64,000 nucleotides of DNA from an uncultured beta proteobacterium (lineage in GTDB: Bacteria; Pseudomonadota; Gammaproteobacteria; Burkholderiales; Eutrophovitaceae). Where the stretch lies: positions 260,472 through 324,471 of the forward strand of contig CAWBXZ010000001.1 in assembly GCA_963792855.1 (NCBI GenBank), given 5' to 3'. The notes beneath the pieces were generated by a model. The model saw nothing but the letters and a program-made list of their open reading frames with translations, searched no databases and was not told the origin of the DNA. Below, one piece after another: positions 18,523 through 28,028 of the stretch (positions are counted from its first letter, which is position 1; each line of letters starts with the position of its first letter). Both the position numbers and the translations under genes were made by a program.

Positions 18523-19050
18523 CTACGCCGCTGCGGCGGCCCGTGGCTGCGAAATGTGTACGTCCAGTTTGATCGGTACCGGTTTTGCAATGATGTCCAG
18601 TACCGGGCAATGGGCATTGACGATTTCTCGCAGTTGCTGGAGCTGTGCCTCGCTGGCGCTCGATTCCAGATGAACCGTGCCGCGGATCGCCTGATAGCCG
18701 GCGCGAACCGAATCGTCGACTGCGAAGAAGCCACGCAGGTCGATATCGCCTTCCACTGTGACTGAAACATTGTCCAGCGGAATGCCCAGGGCCGTTGCGT
18801 AGGCCCGATAGGTGATTTCCTGGCAGCTTCCGAGTGCTCCGAGAATCAGTTCGACCGGATTGGGACCGCTGTCGGATCCACCAAGGCTTTCGGGCTCATC
18901 GACGGTGAGTTTGTGTTGCCTGATTTGCACTTCGGAGCGCAATCCGTCCTGTAACGCGGAATGTGATTCGAATCTGACTTTGGCTGTGTCCGCGTTCGCC
19001 TTGAATTTTGCCTGGCTGGCCGTGATCAGTTCTTTCAACTGGTTGCTCAT
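18523..19050 (-). CDS. OsmC/Ohr family peroxiredoxin-like protein
   Basis: 175 aa. DEPESLGGSDSGPNPVELILGALGSCQ and AHCPV are the two conserved Cys motifs of the OsmC family. Confidence 0.85.
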   Translation of the reverse strand: MSNQLKELITASQAKFKANADTAKVRFESHSALQDGLRSEVQIRQHKLTVDEPESLGGSDSGPNPVELILGALGSCQEITYRAYATALGIPLDNVSVTVEGDIDLRGFFAVDDSVRAGYQAIRGTVHLESSASEAQLQQLREIVNAHCPVLDIIAKPVPIKLDVHISQPRAAAAA

Positions 19051-19339
19051 TTAATCTTCCTTCTTGTGATCGGTATCGACCGCGTTTACGTGCGAGGGTG
19101 ACAAGCTCAACGTGCTTGTCGAGTGGCGCACCTTATCCGTGCCACGCAAGGAAAGGAACTTCTTTTCAGGAATGAGCATATTCCAATTGCGATATCGCCT
19201 TGTCGCATCGTTGGTTCCGGATTATGGTCCGCGAGGCGTCCCGCCTCTGTCGAAGCAAGCGACGCAGCCATGGGCCAAGACTTGATTGGCCATGGAAATC
19301 CGGTATCCTCTCGCAGCTTTGGTCAAGGTCCCCGGGGTC

Positions 19340-20734
19340 ATGCAACGCCATCAATCAGCTTCCTTCTTCTCTAGCGCGTTGTCAGTGGCACTGCTGGCAA
19401 TTGCGCTGGCGGGCTGCGCCACCGGCACCTACAAGTACCAGCCACTCGCTGTCCCATCAGAACTCAGTGACGTACAGACCAAGTCTCTCGAAGAGGTGTC
19501 CGTCTCGGTGGCCATTCTGACCGACGAACAGGCGCGCGCGCATTTTGGCGCCGATCTTGGCAAGAAAGGCGTACAGGTGATCTGGGTCAGCGTGCGCAAT
19601 GCCTCGCCCTTCACCGTGTGGTTTCTGCGCAATTCCGTTGACCCCGATCTTTATCCGCCTGACGAGGTCGCGATACTCGTCAAGGAGGCATTGTCAGACA
19701 GTGAATTCGAACGCCTGCGGCAACGCTTTCGAGACGAATCCATTCGCCTGAAAATGCTGCCGGGCATGGTTACCGAAGGTTATGTATTCGTCACCCATGC
19801 CGTCGGCGGTCGCTACGTCGATATACGGCTGGTGCGGGACTCGTACGAAATGAGTCAGGAGCGCGCCGGTAGCGATGATGAGGCGGGCGGCTTACGCGAG
19901 CGTGCGTCGCTGCAGCTGCGCTTTGGTTTCGCGTTGCCGCTGCCGGACGGCATTTTCGACTACGAGCGGCTCGATACCGAGCGGACCTACGCGGGCATGG
20001 CGCTTCCGGACCTCGACATTGACGCGCTGCGGGCCGCACTTGAAGAACTTCCCTGTTGTGCAACCGATGACGACCGGGAGAGGAACGGCGATCCACTGAA
20101 CGTCGTTGTCATCGGCGACGGACACGATGTGCTCAACTCGTTGTCGAGAAGCGGCTGGTCGTTCACGCACCGGATTACGCTGGGCAGCGTGCGCCGCGTC
20201 ATTGGTGCCGCACTCTCTGGAGATAGCTACCCCGTCGCGCCGGTCAGCAGCCTCTACCTGTTTGGCCGCAAGCAGGACTTCGCGCTGCAACGGGCGCGTG
20301 CGTCCATCGCCCAGCGCAACCACATGCGATTGTGGCTGGCACCATTTCGCTACGAAGGCCGCCAGGTCTGGGTTGGCCAGATCAGCCGTGACATCGGCAT
20401 CAAGGTCACCCCTGAGTCGCCAACCCTCACGACGCACATTATCGACCCGGAGGTGGACGTAACGCGCGAATACCTGCTCCACAGCTTGCTGGCTGAAGGT
20501 TTTGTCGAGCGCTTCGGCTTTGTGGCCGGTGGACCCGCTGCCTCGCGCGACAAACCGCTGGAGAACCTGACCGGCGATCCGTATTTCAGTGACGGCATGC
20601 GCCTGGTCATCATGCTCTCGCCCGACCCGGTCGTGTATGACAATGTGAGAAATCTGCTATGGGAGCAATCGTCCGCGCCATTGGTCGAGGGACAGACCGG
20701 GGACGCGGAAAGGAACGTCCGTCAGATTGACTAG
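19340..20734 (+). CDS. lipoprotein with LssY-like C-terminal domain
   Basis: MQRHQSASFFSSALSVALLAIALAGC contains a lipobox (LAGC). The C-terminal half has GDPLNVV.IG...L......GW and QRNHMRLW, typical of LssY_C proteins. Confidence 0.65.
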   Translation: MQRHQSASFFSSALSVALLAIALAGCATGTYKYQPLAVPSELSDVQTKSLEEVSVSVAILTDEQARAHFGADLGKKGVQVIWVSVRNASPFTVWFLRNSVDPDLYPPDEVAILVKEALSDSEFERLRQRFRDESIRLKMLPGMVTEGYVFVTHAVGGRYVDIRLVRDSYEMSQERAGSDDEAGGLRERASLQLRFGFALPLPDGIFDYERLDTERTYAGMALPDLDIDALRAALEELPCCATDDDRERNGDPLNVVVIGDGHDVLNSLSRSGWSFTHRITLGSVRRVIGAALSGDSYPVAPVSSLYLFGRKQDFALQRARASIAQRNHMRLWLAPFRYEGRQVWVGQISRDIGIKVTPESPTLTTHIIDPEVDVTREYLLHSLLAEGFVERFGFVAGGPAASRDKPLENLTGDPYFSDGMRLVIMLSPDPVVYDNVRNLLWEQSSAPLVEGQTGDAERNVRQID

Positions 20735-20881
20735 GGTAGGGCCTGTTCGGGGATGCTCGCCTCGATTTGCACACGGGCAGCGGGGCAGTGGTATTGCGAA
20801 ATTTCCTCGTGGCGGGATGATTTGGGGCCGACCAGGCTTTTCGTGTAGCCTTTGCACGTCTTTCCTTACACCAAGGCATTG

Positions 20882-21856
20882 ATGAAAACTGTTGTCACGT
20901 TATTCGCGTTGATGCTGCTGGCCACCCCGGTCAGCGCGCAGAACGAGTCGTACACTGCAGCGCAAACCCTGCTGCCGTGGGCTTATGCGTTGAACGACCC
21001 GGCTGTCGAGCACGCGCCGGACGATGGCAAGCCAAAGCATGTACCCGGCAGTACGCAGTCTTTCACGTTGGCCGAAATCCGGAATCTGTATGGCGTGCCC
21101 GACTGGCATCCGGACGATCATCCCGAGATGCCCGACATCGTTGCCCGCGGTCGCAACCCGGGTGTGTATGCCTGCGCGTACTGCCACCTTCCGAACGGGC
21201 AAGGCCGCCCCGAGAATACGAGTCTGGCTGGTCTCCCGGCCGAATACATCGAGCAGCAAATGGCCGATTACCGGGCGGGGTTACGCCGCAGCGCGGAACC
21301 GGACTCGCTCCCGTTGTCGGTGATGCACGCCATTGGCATGGCAGCGACTGAAAGTGAAGTAGCCGTAGCGGCGGCCTATTTTTCCAGCCTCACGCCGCGA
21401 CAATGGATCAGGGTTATCGAGACCGATACCGTTCCCACAACCCGGGTTGCCGGGTGGATGTTCATAGCGGCTGAGGACGGCGGGGTCGAACCCATAGGGC
21501 AGCGGATCATTGAAATGCCCGAGGATCTTGAGCGCACCGAGCTCCGTGACGCCAGATCCGGGTTTATCGCATACGTTCCGACCGGAAGCATTGAAAAAGG
21601 AAGGAAACTCGTCGAGTCGGGCGGGGGCGGCAGGACGCAGCCGTGCGGAGTCTGCCATGGTGATGATTTACGAGGACTTGGACCGGTGCCACCGCTCGCG
21701 GGACGTTCCCCCAGTTACCTCGTGCGCCAACTCTACGACCTGCAGACCGGCGTTCGCAAAGGCCGTTGGTCGCCGCTGATGCAAGCGGCAGTCGCAAATC
21801 TTTCCGTGGCGGATTTTGTCGCGCTAGCCGCGTATGCCGCATCACTCGAACCATGA
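20882..21856 (+). CDS. dihaem c-type cytochrome
   Basis: Signal peptide MKTVVTLFALMLLATPVSAQ. Two CxxCH motifs (CAYCH and CGVCH). Confidence 0.85.
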   Translation: MKTVVTLFALMLLATPVSAQNESYTAAQTLLPWAYALNDPAVEHAPDDGKPKHVPGSTQSFTLAEIRNLYGVPDWHPDDHPEMPDIVARGRNPGVYACAYCHLPNGQGRPENTSLAGLPAEYIEQQMADYRAGLRRSAEPDSLPLSVMHAIGMAATESEVAVAAAYFSSLTPRQWIRVIETDTVPTTRVAGWMFIAAEDGGVEPIGQRIIEMPEDLERTELRDARSGFIAYVPTGSIEKGRKLVESGGGGRTQPCGVCHGDDLRGLGPVPPLAGRSPSYLVRQLYDLQTGVRKGRWSPLMQAAVANLSVADFVALAAYAASLEP

Positions 21857-22064
21857 CCCGAACCAGGCCGTCAGTCGGCTGGTCGATGAACCGAGGGCCG
21901 GTGATTTGCGCCGGGAGCTTACCCCGTCATGATGCCGCTGTTTCCGAAGCCGACAACGTCTGATTCCCAACTTTTGCGGTGCCTGCAAGGTCAGGGATTC
22001 GGCCTGGTCGACACCATGATGCTTGCAGTGGTTTCATCAGCGCTACTGATGGGCATGATTCTGA

Positions 22065-23114
22065 TTACGAATTGATGGATCTCGCGGCGTTGCGCTTCGC
22101 TCGCCAGACGGCCGGGGGCGTGCCGCTCCAGCGGCGAAACGCTCGCGTAAAGGCACTCGCATCCGAGTAGCCGAGCGACGCTGCGAGTTGGCTCACCGTC
22201 ATTGCGGTATCTGCGAGCATCTGCGTGGCAATCTCGTAGCGGACGGCATCAACGAGCTTCTGGAAGCTGGTGCCGAAGGCGTTCAGGCGGCGATCCAGAG
22301 TGCGGCTGTGCATCGAGAAGAGGGCGGCAACCTGGTTCGACTTGCCGTTTCCCGTCAACAACGCCGTTCGCAGTACGCTCCGCACCTGCTCGGGAAAGTC
22401 CTCGCGATACCTCGCCTCCAGTGCGTCGATCTGTTTCTGCAGCATGCGCCGCAGTTCGGCATCTGCGCCAGCGAGCTCGCGGCGCAAACACGAGGTGGAG
22501 AACACCAGAGCATATTGCTCCGCGTCGAAGTGCAAGGGGGCTTCGAAGAAACGCTTGAACGGGGCGATATCTTCCGGTCTACGATGGGCGAACCGGGCCT
22601 CTACCGGTTTCCATCTCGGTCCGCACAGCCCGCGCATGATGTTCATCATCACCGCCACCGCCCCGTCACCGATCTGGTCGGTGGCCGGGACTTTTGGTTC
22701 ATAGATGTAATAGCTGAGTATTGCGATGCTGCCATCCACTACCAGATTCGGTGCAGCACCACTTACATGAAGATGCAGATAACGTACGAGGTTACGCAGC
22801 GCGGTTTCTACGTCAGGGGAGTGTTGCACGAGGAAGCCGACGAGGCCGAAAGACGAAAGGCGGCCCTGTTGACCGAGCAAGAGTCCGAAGTGCTTGCAGC
22901 CGGTTCGCGCCACGCAATGGCTGAGCAGACGGCCTCGGGCGGCGTACGAGACCCGGTTGTCGGGGTCGGCAAGGACTTCCAGGTTGAATCCCGCCTCGGC
23001 CAGCACCTTTGCCGGCTCTACCCCGAGGTTGGTGAGCACCGCCGGGATAGCTGCCGCGACACCGACGCGCACGGTCCCATTCGCCTGGCTGCGTTCCTTC
23101 TGTACCGGCTGCAT
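22065..23114 (-). CDS. AraC-family transcriptional regulator (AraC-binding-like N-domain + HTH)
   Basis: The C-terminal HTH reads VSQLAASLGYSDASAFTRAFRRWSGTPPAVWR. Close paralogue of the gene at 34026-35144. Confidence 0.9.
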   Translation of the reverse strand: MQPVQKERSQANGTVRVGVAAAIPAVLTNLGVEPAKVLAEAGFNLEVLADPDNRVSYAARGRLLSHCVARTGCKHFGLLLGQQGRLSSFGLVGFLVQHSPDVETALRNLVRYLHLHVSGAAPNLVVDGSIAILSYYIYEPKVPATDQIGDGAVAVMMNIMRGLCGPRWKPVEARFAHRRPEDIAPFKRFFEAPLHFDAEQYALVFSTSCLRRELAGADAELRRMLQKQIDALEARYREDFPEQVRSVLRTALLTGNGKSNQVAALFSMHSRTLDRRLNAFGTSFQKLVDAVRYEIATQMLADTAMTVSQLAASLGYSDASAFTRAFRRWSGTPPAVWRAKRNAARSINS

Positions 23115-23165
23115 TCGTTTAATGGCCCTTCGGTCTGATGCAGGTCAATAAGCATACATGCGCAT

Positions 23166-23200
23166 GTCCGAAATTGTCTATTGGGAGTCCGAAAAGGTTA
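23166..23200. promoter_or_regulatory. candidate AraC operator: two direct repeats with 21-bp phasing
   Basis: TCCGAAATTGTCTA (23166-23179) and TCCGAAAAGGTTAA (23187-23200). A near-identical arrangement lies next to the paralogous regulator at 35185-35219. Confidence 0.45.
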
Positions 23201-23452
23201 AGTCACGCAAAGATCTAACGGGTAAGATCATTAGCGATACCAGCGACGAAAGAATTTAGCAGTTAAGAAACAATAAAGTCTCCGCTGTGTCGCCCCATGT
23301 AAACGGCGTGTGGCATGCGGAAACTGTCACATCAAGGCTCGAATCAGGAACGGCACCCGTTGGTCCCTCGCAGATTGCCGACGATGCAACGGACAAGGGT
23401 GCGGTTCAAGGTTTTGCCGTCCTCGAATTATGACAAGAGTAAGGAGTAAATC

Positions 23453-24619
23453 ATGGCAACTGAAAAAAAAGTGTCCACGACGGTACCGCTGAACTGGAAA
23501 GAAGTGTGGTTCACCAATTGCCCCATGGTATCCGCCAATAACGTCGACCAGGAGCTGGGGTGGTGCCGTGAGGAGTTCAAAAAGATCGGCGTCGAATATG
23601 CCTACTTCCGTCACGCGCCAGAGAACAACTGGTATCCGCACTACGTCCACAACCTGGACAATCTGATCCGCTTCGGTGGACTGTATCCTCCCATTCACGT
23701 TCACGCCGACATCCGCCGCACTGTGCTGCTGGGGGCGACCTGGGTCTACGAAGGCGGGGTGATGCAGGTGCGCGCCCGTGACAAGATCTTTCGCGTGAAG
23801 GACCTGAAAGGCAAGAAGATCGGCATCACCAAGAGCCTGAACACTATCAAGAATGACTGGTGGCGCATCCAGGAGCACATGGGCATCGAAAATATTCTGA
23901 TGCTCAATGACATGACCATGAAGGATATCGAACTCGTGGAGTTCCCCTATCCGGATGACTGGTATGACAAGCCGGAGATGCTGACCCCGCCGATGAACAA
24001 CCCGTCGGAGTTGTGGATGCGCCGTGACCACAAACATGATTATGCTTTCCGTCCGTTGGAAAAAGCACTGCTCGACGGTACCGTCGATGCCATCTACAAC
24101 CAGATGGGACAACTAGGACAGCTTTCCGAGGCCACGGGCAAAATCAAGTCCATCTTCGACTTGTCCAGCCATCCTGACTGGACCGTGCAGGTGGCGAACA
24201 CCCCCGCCGTCATCACCTGCAGCGATGTGATGGCAAAGGAACACCCCGAGCTGGTCATCGCCTACATGAAGGCAATGATCAAGGTCGGGATCTGGGCTAA
24301 CGAGCACAAGCACGCCGCGGCGGTGATCCTCAACCGGCAGACCTTCTATCTGGACGCCGAGCACACGTACGAAGGCATCAAGCATGTCGACATGGTGCCA
24401 AGCCTGAATGCGCAGAACATGGAATGCATCAAGATCGGCAAGGATTTCATGCTGAGTCACGGCTACATGAAGAACGATTTCGATGTAGACAAGTGGGCTG
24501 CACCGGAATTTCTGGAGGAGGCAGCAACGCAAGTGCTCAAGGAGGAGTGGGAGAAAAGGAGCTGGAGCAAACTTCCTCAAGGAGGCGGGCTCGAGGCAGA
24601 AGGCACGCGGCTCGGGTAG
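23453..24619 (+). CDS. DszB-like (2'-hydroxybiphenyl-2-sulfinate desulfinase family) cytoplasmic SsuA/NMT1-fold protein
   Basis: AAGGAG RBS; no signal peptide. WFTNCPMVSANN, IRFGGLYPP and WAAPEFLEEA match remembered DszB motifs (YSNCPVPNAL with the Cys nucleophile, TRFGGEIPP, WAAPEFLNNS). Confidence 0.65.
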   Translation: MATEKKVSTTVPLNWKEVWFTNCPMVSANNVDQELGWCREEFKKIGVEYAYFRHAPENNWYPHYVHNLDNLIRFGGLYPPIHVHADIRRTVLLGATWVYEGGVMQVRARDKIFRVKDLKGKKIGITKSLNTIKNDWWRIQEHMGIENILMLNDMTMKDIELVEFPYPDDWYDKPEMLTPPMNNPSELWMRRDHKHDYAFRPLEKALLDGTVDAIYNQMGQLGQLSEATGKIKSIFDLSSHPDWTVQVANTPAVITCSDVMAKEHPELVIAYMKAMIKVGIWANEHKHAAAVILNRQTFYLDAEHTYEGIKHVDMVPSLNAQNMECIKIGKDFMLSHGYMKNDFDVDKWAAPEFLEEAATQVLKEEWEKRSWSKLPQGGGLEAEGTRLG

Positions 24620-24857
24620 CCGGAAGGCGCTCAATTGGTGGCCACGGAGTAAAAGCAGTTCACGCTGGGTGACGGTTGAAAACGATCAACCGCGGATCAT
24701 CGGTTGCCGATCGAAAGGAAGGGACAAAAAAACTTTCAGAGAGAAGGCCCGTGGAAGAGGCTTCACCGTGGCTGAATCACCTGCTGGCAGGCTTGTCGTG
24801 TTGTTCTCGTGCGCGTTGAATTTTGACCACGCCTTGGTCGCGTGGGAGAGGCAATAA

Positions 24858-25718
24858 ATGGGTATGCCCTACAAGATGAGTATGTCCTACAATTTGGACA
24901 CAATCATCAAGGTTGATGAGGACTTGTGTATCACCTGCGGAAACTGCGTCCGGACCTGCCCGGGCGGGTTGATTGAGAAAGCGGATTTCCCGGTTCCCAC
25001 CGAAAATTCATGGGAGCTTTGCATCGACTGCGGCCATTGTGTGGCCGTTTGCCCGACCGGGGCCATGCACCACCGCGCGATGGGGCCGGAAGATTGTGCG
25101 CCGGTCGATGTTCAATCGATGCCCCGCTGGGAAGAGGCCAGGCAATTCCTGATCTCGCGTCGTTCGACCCGTGTCTACATCAACAAACCCGTCGAGAAGG
25201 AGAAAATCCTGCAGGTGCTGGACGTCGCTCGCTTCGCGCCGAGCGGTGGAAACCGGCAGGGGGGCATCCTGCGCTGGGTCGTGGTCAGTGACCCCGCGCA
25301 AGTTCATAACGTGGCCCAGATGACCATCGACTGGATGAGAAGCGTCCGTGAATCGAATCCGGCGATGCACAAGGAGGCCAAGCTCGGGCTCTTCACGAGC
25401 GCGTGGGATGAGGGTCATGACCAGATAGCCCGTGGGGCGCCGTGTTTCATTCAAGCCTGGGCTCCCAATGACGAACGCACCGCACCCCAGGCGGCCACGA
25501 TCGCCCTGGCCTACGTTCAGCTGGCCGCGCACGCCCTCGGCCTCGGCAGTAGCTGGAGCGGCGGCATCAACACCGCCGCGCAGGCGCACCCTCCCTTGAT
25601 CGAGCTCCTGGGGCTGCCGGAAGGCACCGTGTCCTTCGGAACGATCCTGCTCGGGTACCCCGCCGAAGCGTTCATGCGGATCCCGGACCGCCATCTCCCC
25701 GAGGTGAGCTGGCGTTGA
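24858..25718 (+). CDS. 2x[4Fe-4S] ferredoxin domain fused to a nitroreductase-family flavoenzyme
   Basis: CITCGNCVRTCP and CIDCGHCVAVCP, followed by RRSTR.Y....V......L...RFAPSGGN and LGLGSSW (nitroreductase fold). Confidence 0.85.
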   Translation: MGMPYKMSMSYNLDTIIKVDEDLCITCGNCVRTCPGGLIEKADFPVPTENSWELCIDCGHCVAVCPTGAMHHRAMGPEDCAPVDVQSMPRWEEARQFLISRRSTRVYINKPVEKEKILQVLDVARFAPSGGNRQGGILRWVVVSDPAQVHNVAQMTIDWMRSVRESNPAMHKEAKLGLFTSAWDEGHDQIARGAPCFIQAWAPNDERTAPQAATIALAYVQLAAHALGLGSSWSGGINTAAQAHPPLIELLGLPEGTVSFGTILLGYPAEAFMRIPDRHLPEVSWR

Positions 25719-25734
25719 GCATCAGGGGAACACC

Positions 25735-26595
25735 ATGAGCGAAAACAGGCCCAAGACGCGCATGCAGCGGATGGGTTACCGTGCGCCGACCGATGCAGCG
25801 GAGCCCGATGAGCTCGTACTTGTCGAGTATGTCTCCGACGGGCGCATTGTCATCATCACCCTCAACCGGCCGCATGCCGACAACGCCATCACGACGGAAC
25901 TGGCGGCGCGGCTCATCGAAGTCCTCGAGACCATTGCAGCCCAATCCGCCGTGCGTGTCGCCATCATTACCGGATCCGGTGACCGAGCCTTCTCCGTCGG
26001 TGGCGACCTGTACCAGCGCAAGCAGATGACGAAGGAACAGTGGCTGCGCCAGCGCCAAGTCTTCGATCGCCTGCTCTACACGCTGCGCCAATTGCGCCGG
26101 CCGATTATTGCTGCCGTAAATGGAATGGCATATGGCGGTGGCTGCGAGATCGCCATCAGCACTGACTTCATCATCGCGTCTGATGATGCCGCCTTCGGCC
26201 AGCCCGAGGCGTTGGTCGGCTTGTCTGCCGGCGGCGGCTCGCCGGTCCTGCTTCCCCGGGTACTCCCGCCTGGTAAGGCGCTCCAGATGCTGATGACAGG
26301 AGAACCGATTACTGCGCAAGAGGCGCACCGGCTCGGCATGGTCAATGAAGTCCACCCGAAGGCCGCGCTGATGGAGGCGGTGCTGCGCATTGCGGAGACG
26401 ATCGCGAACAACTCACCGACCGCGGTTCAGGCAGTCAAGCGCGCTGTTCTCATGGGCGGGGGTGAGCCCATAGAGCAGGCCAGCGCGATCATGATGGAAG
26501 CGCATTGGCGCTCGGTGGTTCATCCGGATCGCCTCGAGGGCAGCCGTGCCTTCACCGAAGACCGGGAGCCGACTTTTCAGGACCCCGAGTTCTGA
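25735..26595 (+). CDS. enoyl-CoA hydratase/isomerase family protein
   Basis: ITLNRPHADNA, TGSGDRAFSVGGDL, VNGMAYGGGCEIA and a FTEDREPTF tail. Confidence 0.85.
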   Translation: MSENRPKTRMQRMGYRAPTDAAEPDELVLVEYVSDGRIVIITLNRPHADNAITTELAARLIEVLETIAAQSAVRVAIITGSGDRAFSVGGDLYQRKQMTKEQWLRQRQVFDRLLYTLRQLRRPIIAAVNGMAYGGGCEIAISTDFIIASDDAAFGQPEALVGLSAGGGSPVLLPRVLPPGKALQMLMTGEPITAQEAHRLGMVNEVHPKAALMEAVLRIAETIANNSPTAVQAVKRAVLMGGGEPIEQASAIMMEAHWRSVVHPDRLEGSRAFTEDREPTFQDPEF

Positions 26596-26720
26596 TGCGC
26601 AATCCTCCGTCCGGTCGCAACCAAGACCTCTATCTCCCGGCGCTGCAACGCGCTGAATTCAGCTTTGGTGGCAAAACCGTTGTCCGCCACCACCGTGCCG
26701 GGTGCGCGCAGCGAGGGTGC
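26596..26720 (-). mobile_element. possible DDE-transposase internal fragment (IS scar)
   Basis: Minus-strand translation APSLRAPGTVVADNGFATKAEFSALQRREIEVLVATGRRIA resembles the ..ADaGY.S..N...L...gI...vA.gR region around the second catalytic Asp of IS4/IS5-superfamily transposases. There is no complete ORF. Confidence 0.35.
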
Positions 26721-26919
26721 AATGCCATCAAGATCGGCAAGGATTTCATGCACAGTCATGGGCTACATCAAGAACGATTTCGATGTGGACAACTGGGCGG
26801 CGCCGGAATTCCTGGAGCAGGCAGCAACGGAAGTACTAAAGGAGGAATGGGAAAGAAGGAGCTGGAGCAAGCTCCCTCAGGGAGGCGGGCTCGAGGCCGA
26901 AGGCACGCGGCTCGGGTAG
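26721..26919 (+). pseudogene. 3'-terminal remnant of a second DszB-like gene (duplicate of 24423-24619)
   Basis: Roughly 85-90% nucleotide identity by eye to the last ~200 nt of the 23453-24619 gene, including the stop codon. It encodes ..IKIGKDFM.SHGY.KNDFDVD.WAAPEFLE.AAT.VLKEEWE.RSWSKLPQGGGLEAEGTRLG with an internal 1-nt indel and no 5' part. Confidence 0.8.
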
Positions 26920-27182
26920 TCGGGAAAACGCGCCGTCCAGCGCGGGTAGCGATGCAATGTCGGCTGCTTCTTCGTGGCGAAGGAGAGGCCTGTATGTAAT
27001 TGGCAGTCTTTATCTGGATGGCGTGGTTTGGATACTAGGAGTTCGCGATCCGGCGACGGATGCGTCCATGACAATAGTGAAAAATGGGAAGGCTGTCAGT
27101 CATCGTGATACAACACAAGGTTGCCGGAAACTCGCCATTGAGCGCTGAGTATCTGAGGTTCGGTCAGAACAGGATCTCGATC

Positions 27183-27989
27183 ATGAAGAACTTCAACAGC
27201 CTGGGCCGTATCGCTCTTTTTTGGGCTGCGCTCGCTTGTTTGACCGGTGCCGCGATCGCACAGGAGAACACCACGGCGGGCGACGCAGCTCAGGCGAACA
27301 ATCCACTCGCGAACTTTACCGCGTTCAACGTTCACAACTACTACATCGGCGATGTCACCGACACCGACAAGGATGGCAATCAGTTCTGGGCACGGTTCGC
27401 GAAGCCGTTCTCGATCGGGGAGACGAACTGGATTATGCGGGCGTCGCTGCCGGTCAATACTTTCCCGGTCGGACCAGCGCTCGACGACGAAACTGGGCTT
27501 GGGGATTTGAACATCTTCGCCGCCTATCTGATCGATACCGGGAATCCAACACGCAGTTTTGGCGTCGGGCCCCAGATCACTGCGCCGACCGCCAGCAGCG
27601 ACGCGTTGGGTAGCGAGAAGTGGTCCGCGGGAATTGTGAACACACTTTTCGACTTTGCCTCCCCGTTGTTCCAGTACGGGTACTTGCTGAGCTGGCAAGC
27701 AAGCGTTGCAGGCGATGACGATCGTGACGATGTGAACGTCGGTGCGTTCCAGCCGTTCGCCTTCTATCAGCTCGGTGGTGGGGCCTATCTGCGCTCGACC
27801 GGTGTCATGGTTTACGACTTCGAGCACGATACCTACAGTGTCCCGATCGGATTGGGTATTGGCCAGGTCATTCCGAGCAAAAACTTGATCTTTAACGTAT
27901 TCATCGAACCGCAAGTGTCCATCGCGGATGACGGCGCTGGCTGGCCCGGTTGGCAAATATTCATCGGCTTGAACACGCAGTTCAAGTGA
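27183..27989 (+). CDS. outer-membrane beta-barrel protein (putative transporter)
   Basis: Start moved to ATG 27183. Signal peptide [27 protein letters not shown]. Alternating-hydrophobicity strands and Gly/aromatic-rich turns. Family assignment is uncertain. Confidence 0.6.
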   Translation: MKNFNSLGRIALFWAALACLTGAAIAQENTTAGDAAQANNPLANFTAFNVHNYYIGDVTDTDKDGNQFWARFAKPFSIGETNWIMRASLPVNTFPVGPALDDETGLGDLNIFAAYLIDTGNPTRSFGVGPQITAPTASSDALGSEKWSAGIVNTLFDFASPLFQYGYLLSWQASVAGDDDRDDVNVGAFQPFAFYQLGGGAYLRSTGVMVYDFEHDTYSVPIGLGIGQVIPSKNLIFNVFIEPQVSIADDGAGWPGWQIFIGLNTQFK

Positions 27990-28028
27990 TGCAGTGATAT
28001 CGGACTTGACGCGGTTAGGGCGATTGGC

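Noticed and set aside
24669-24857. 62-aa ORF in the gap between the DszB-like and nitroreductase genes
   Set aside because: No RBS and a Lys/Arg-rich, odd composition. It is probably non-coding leader sequence.
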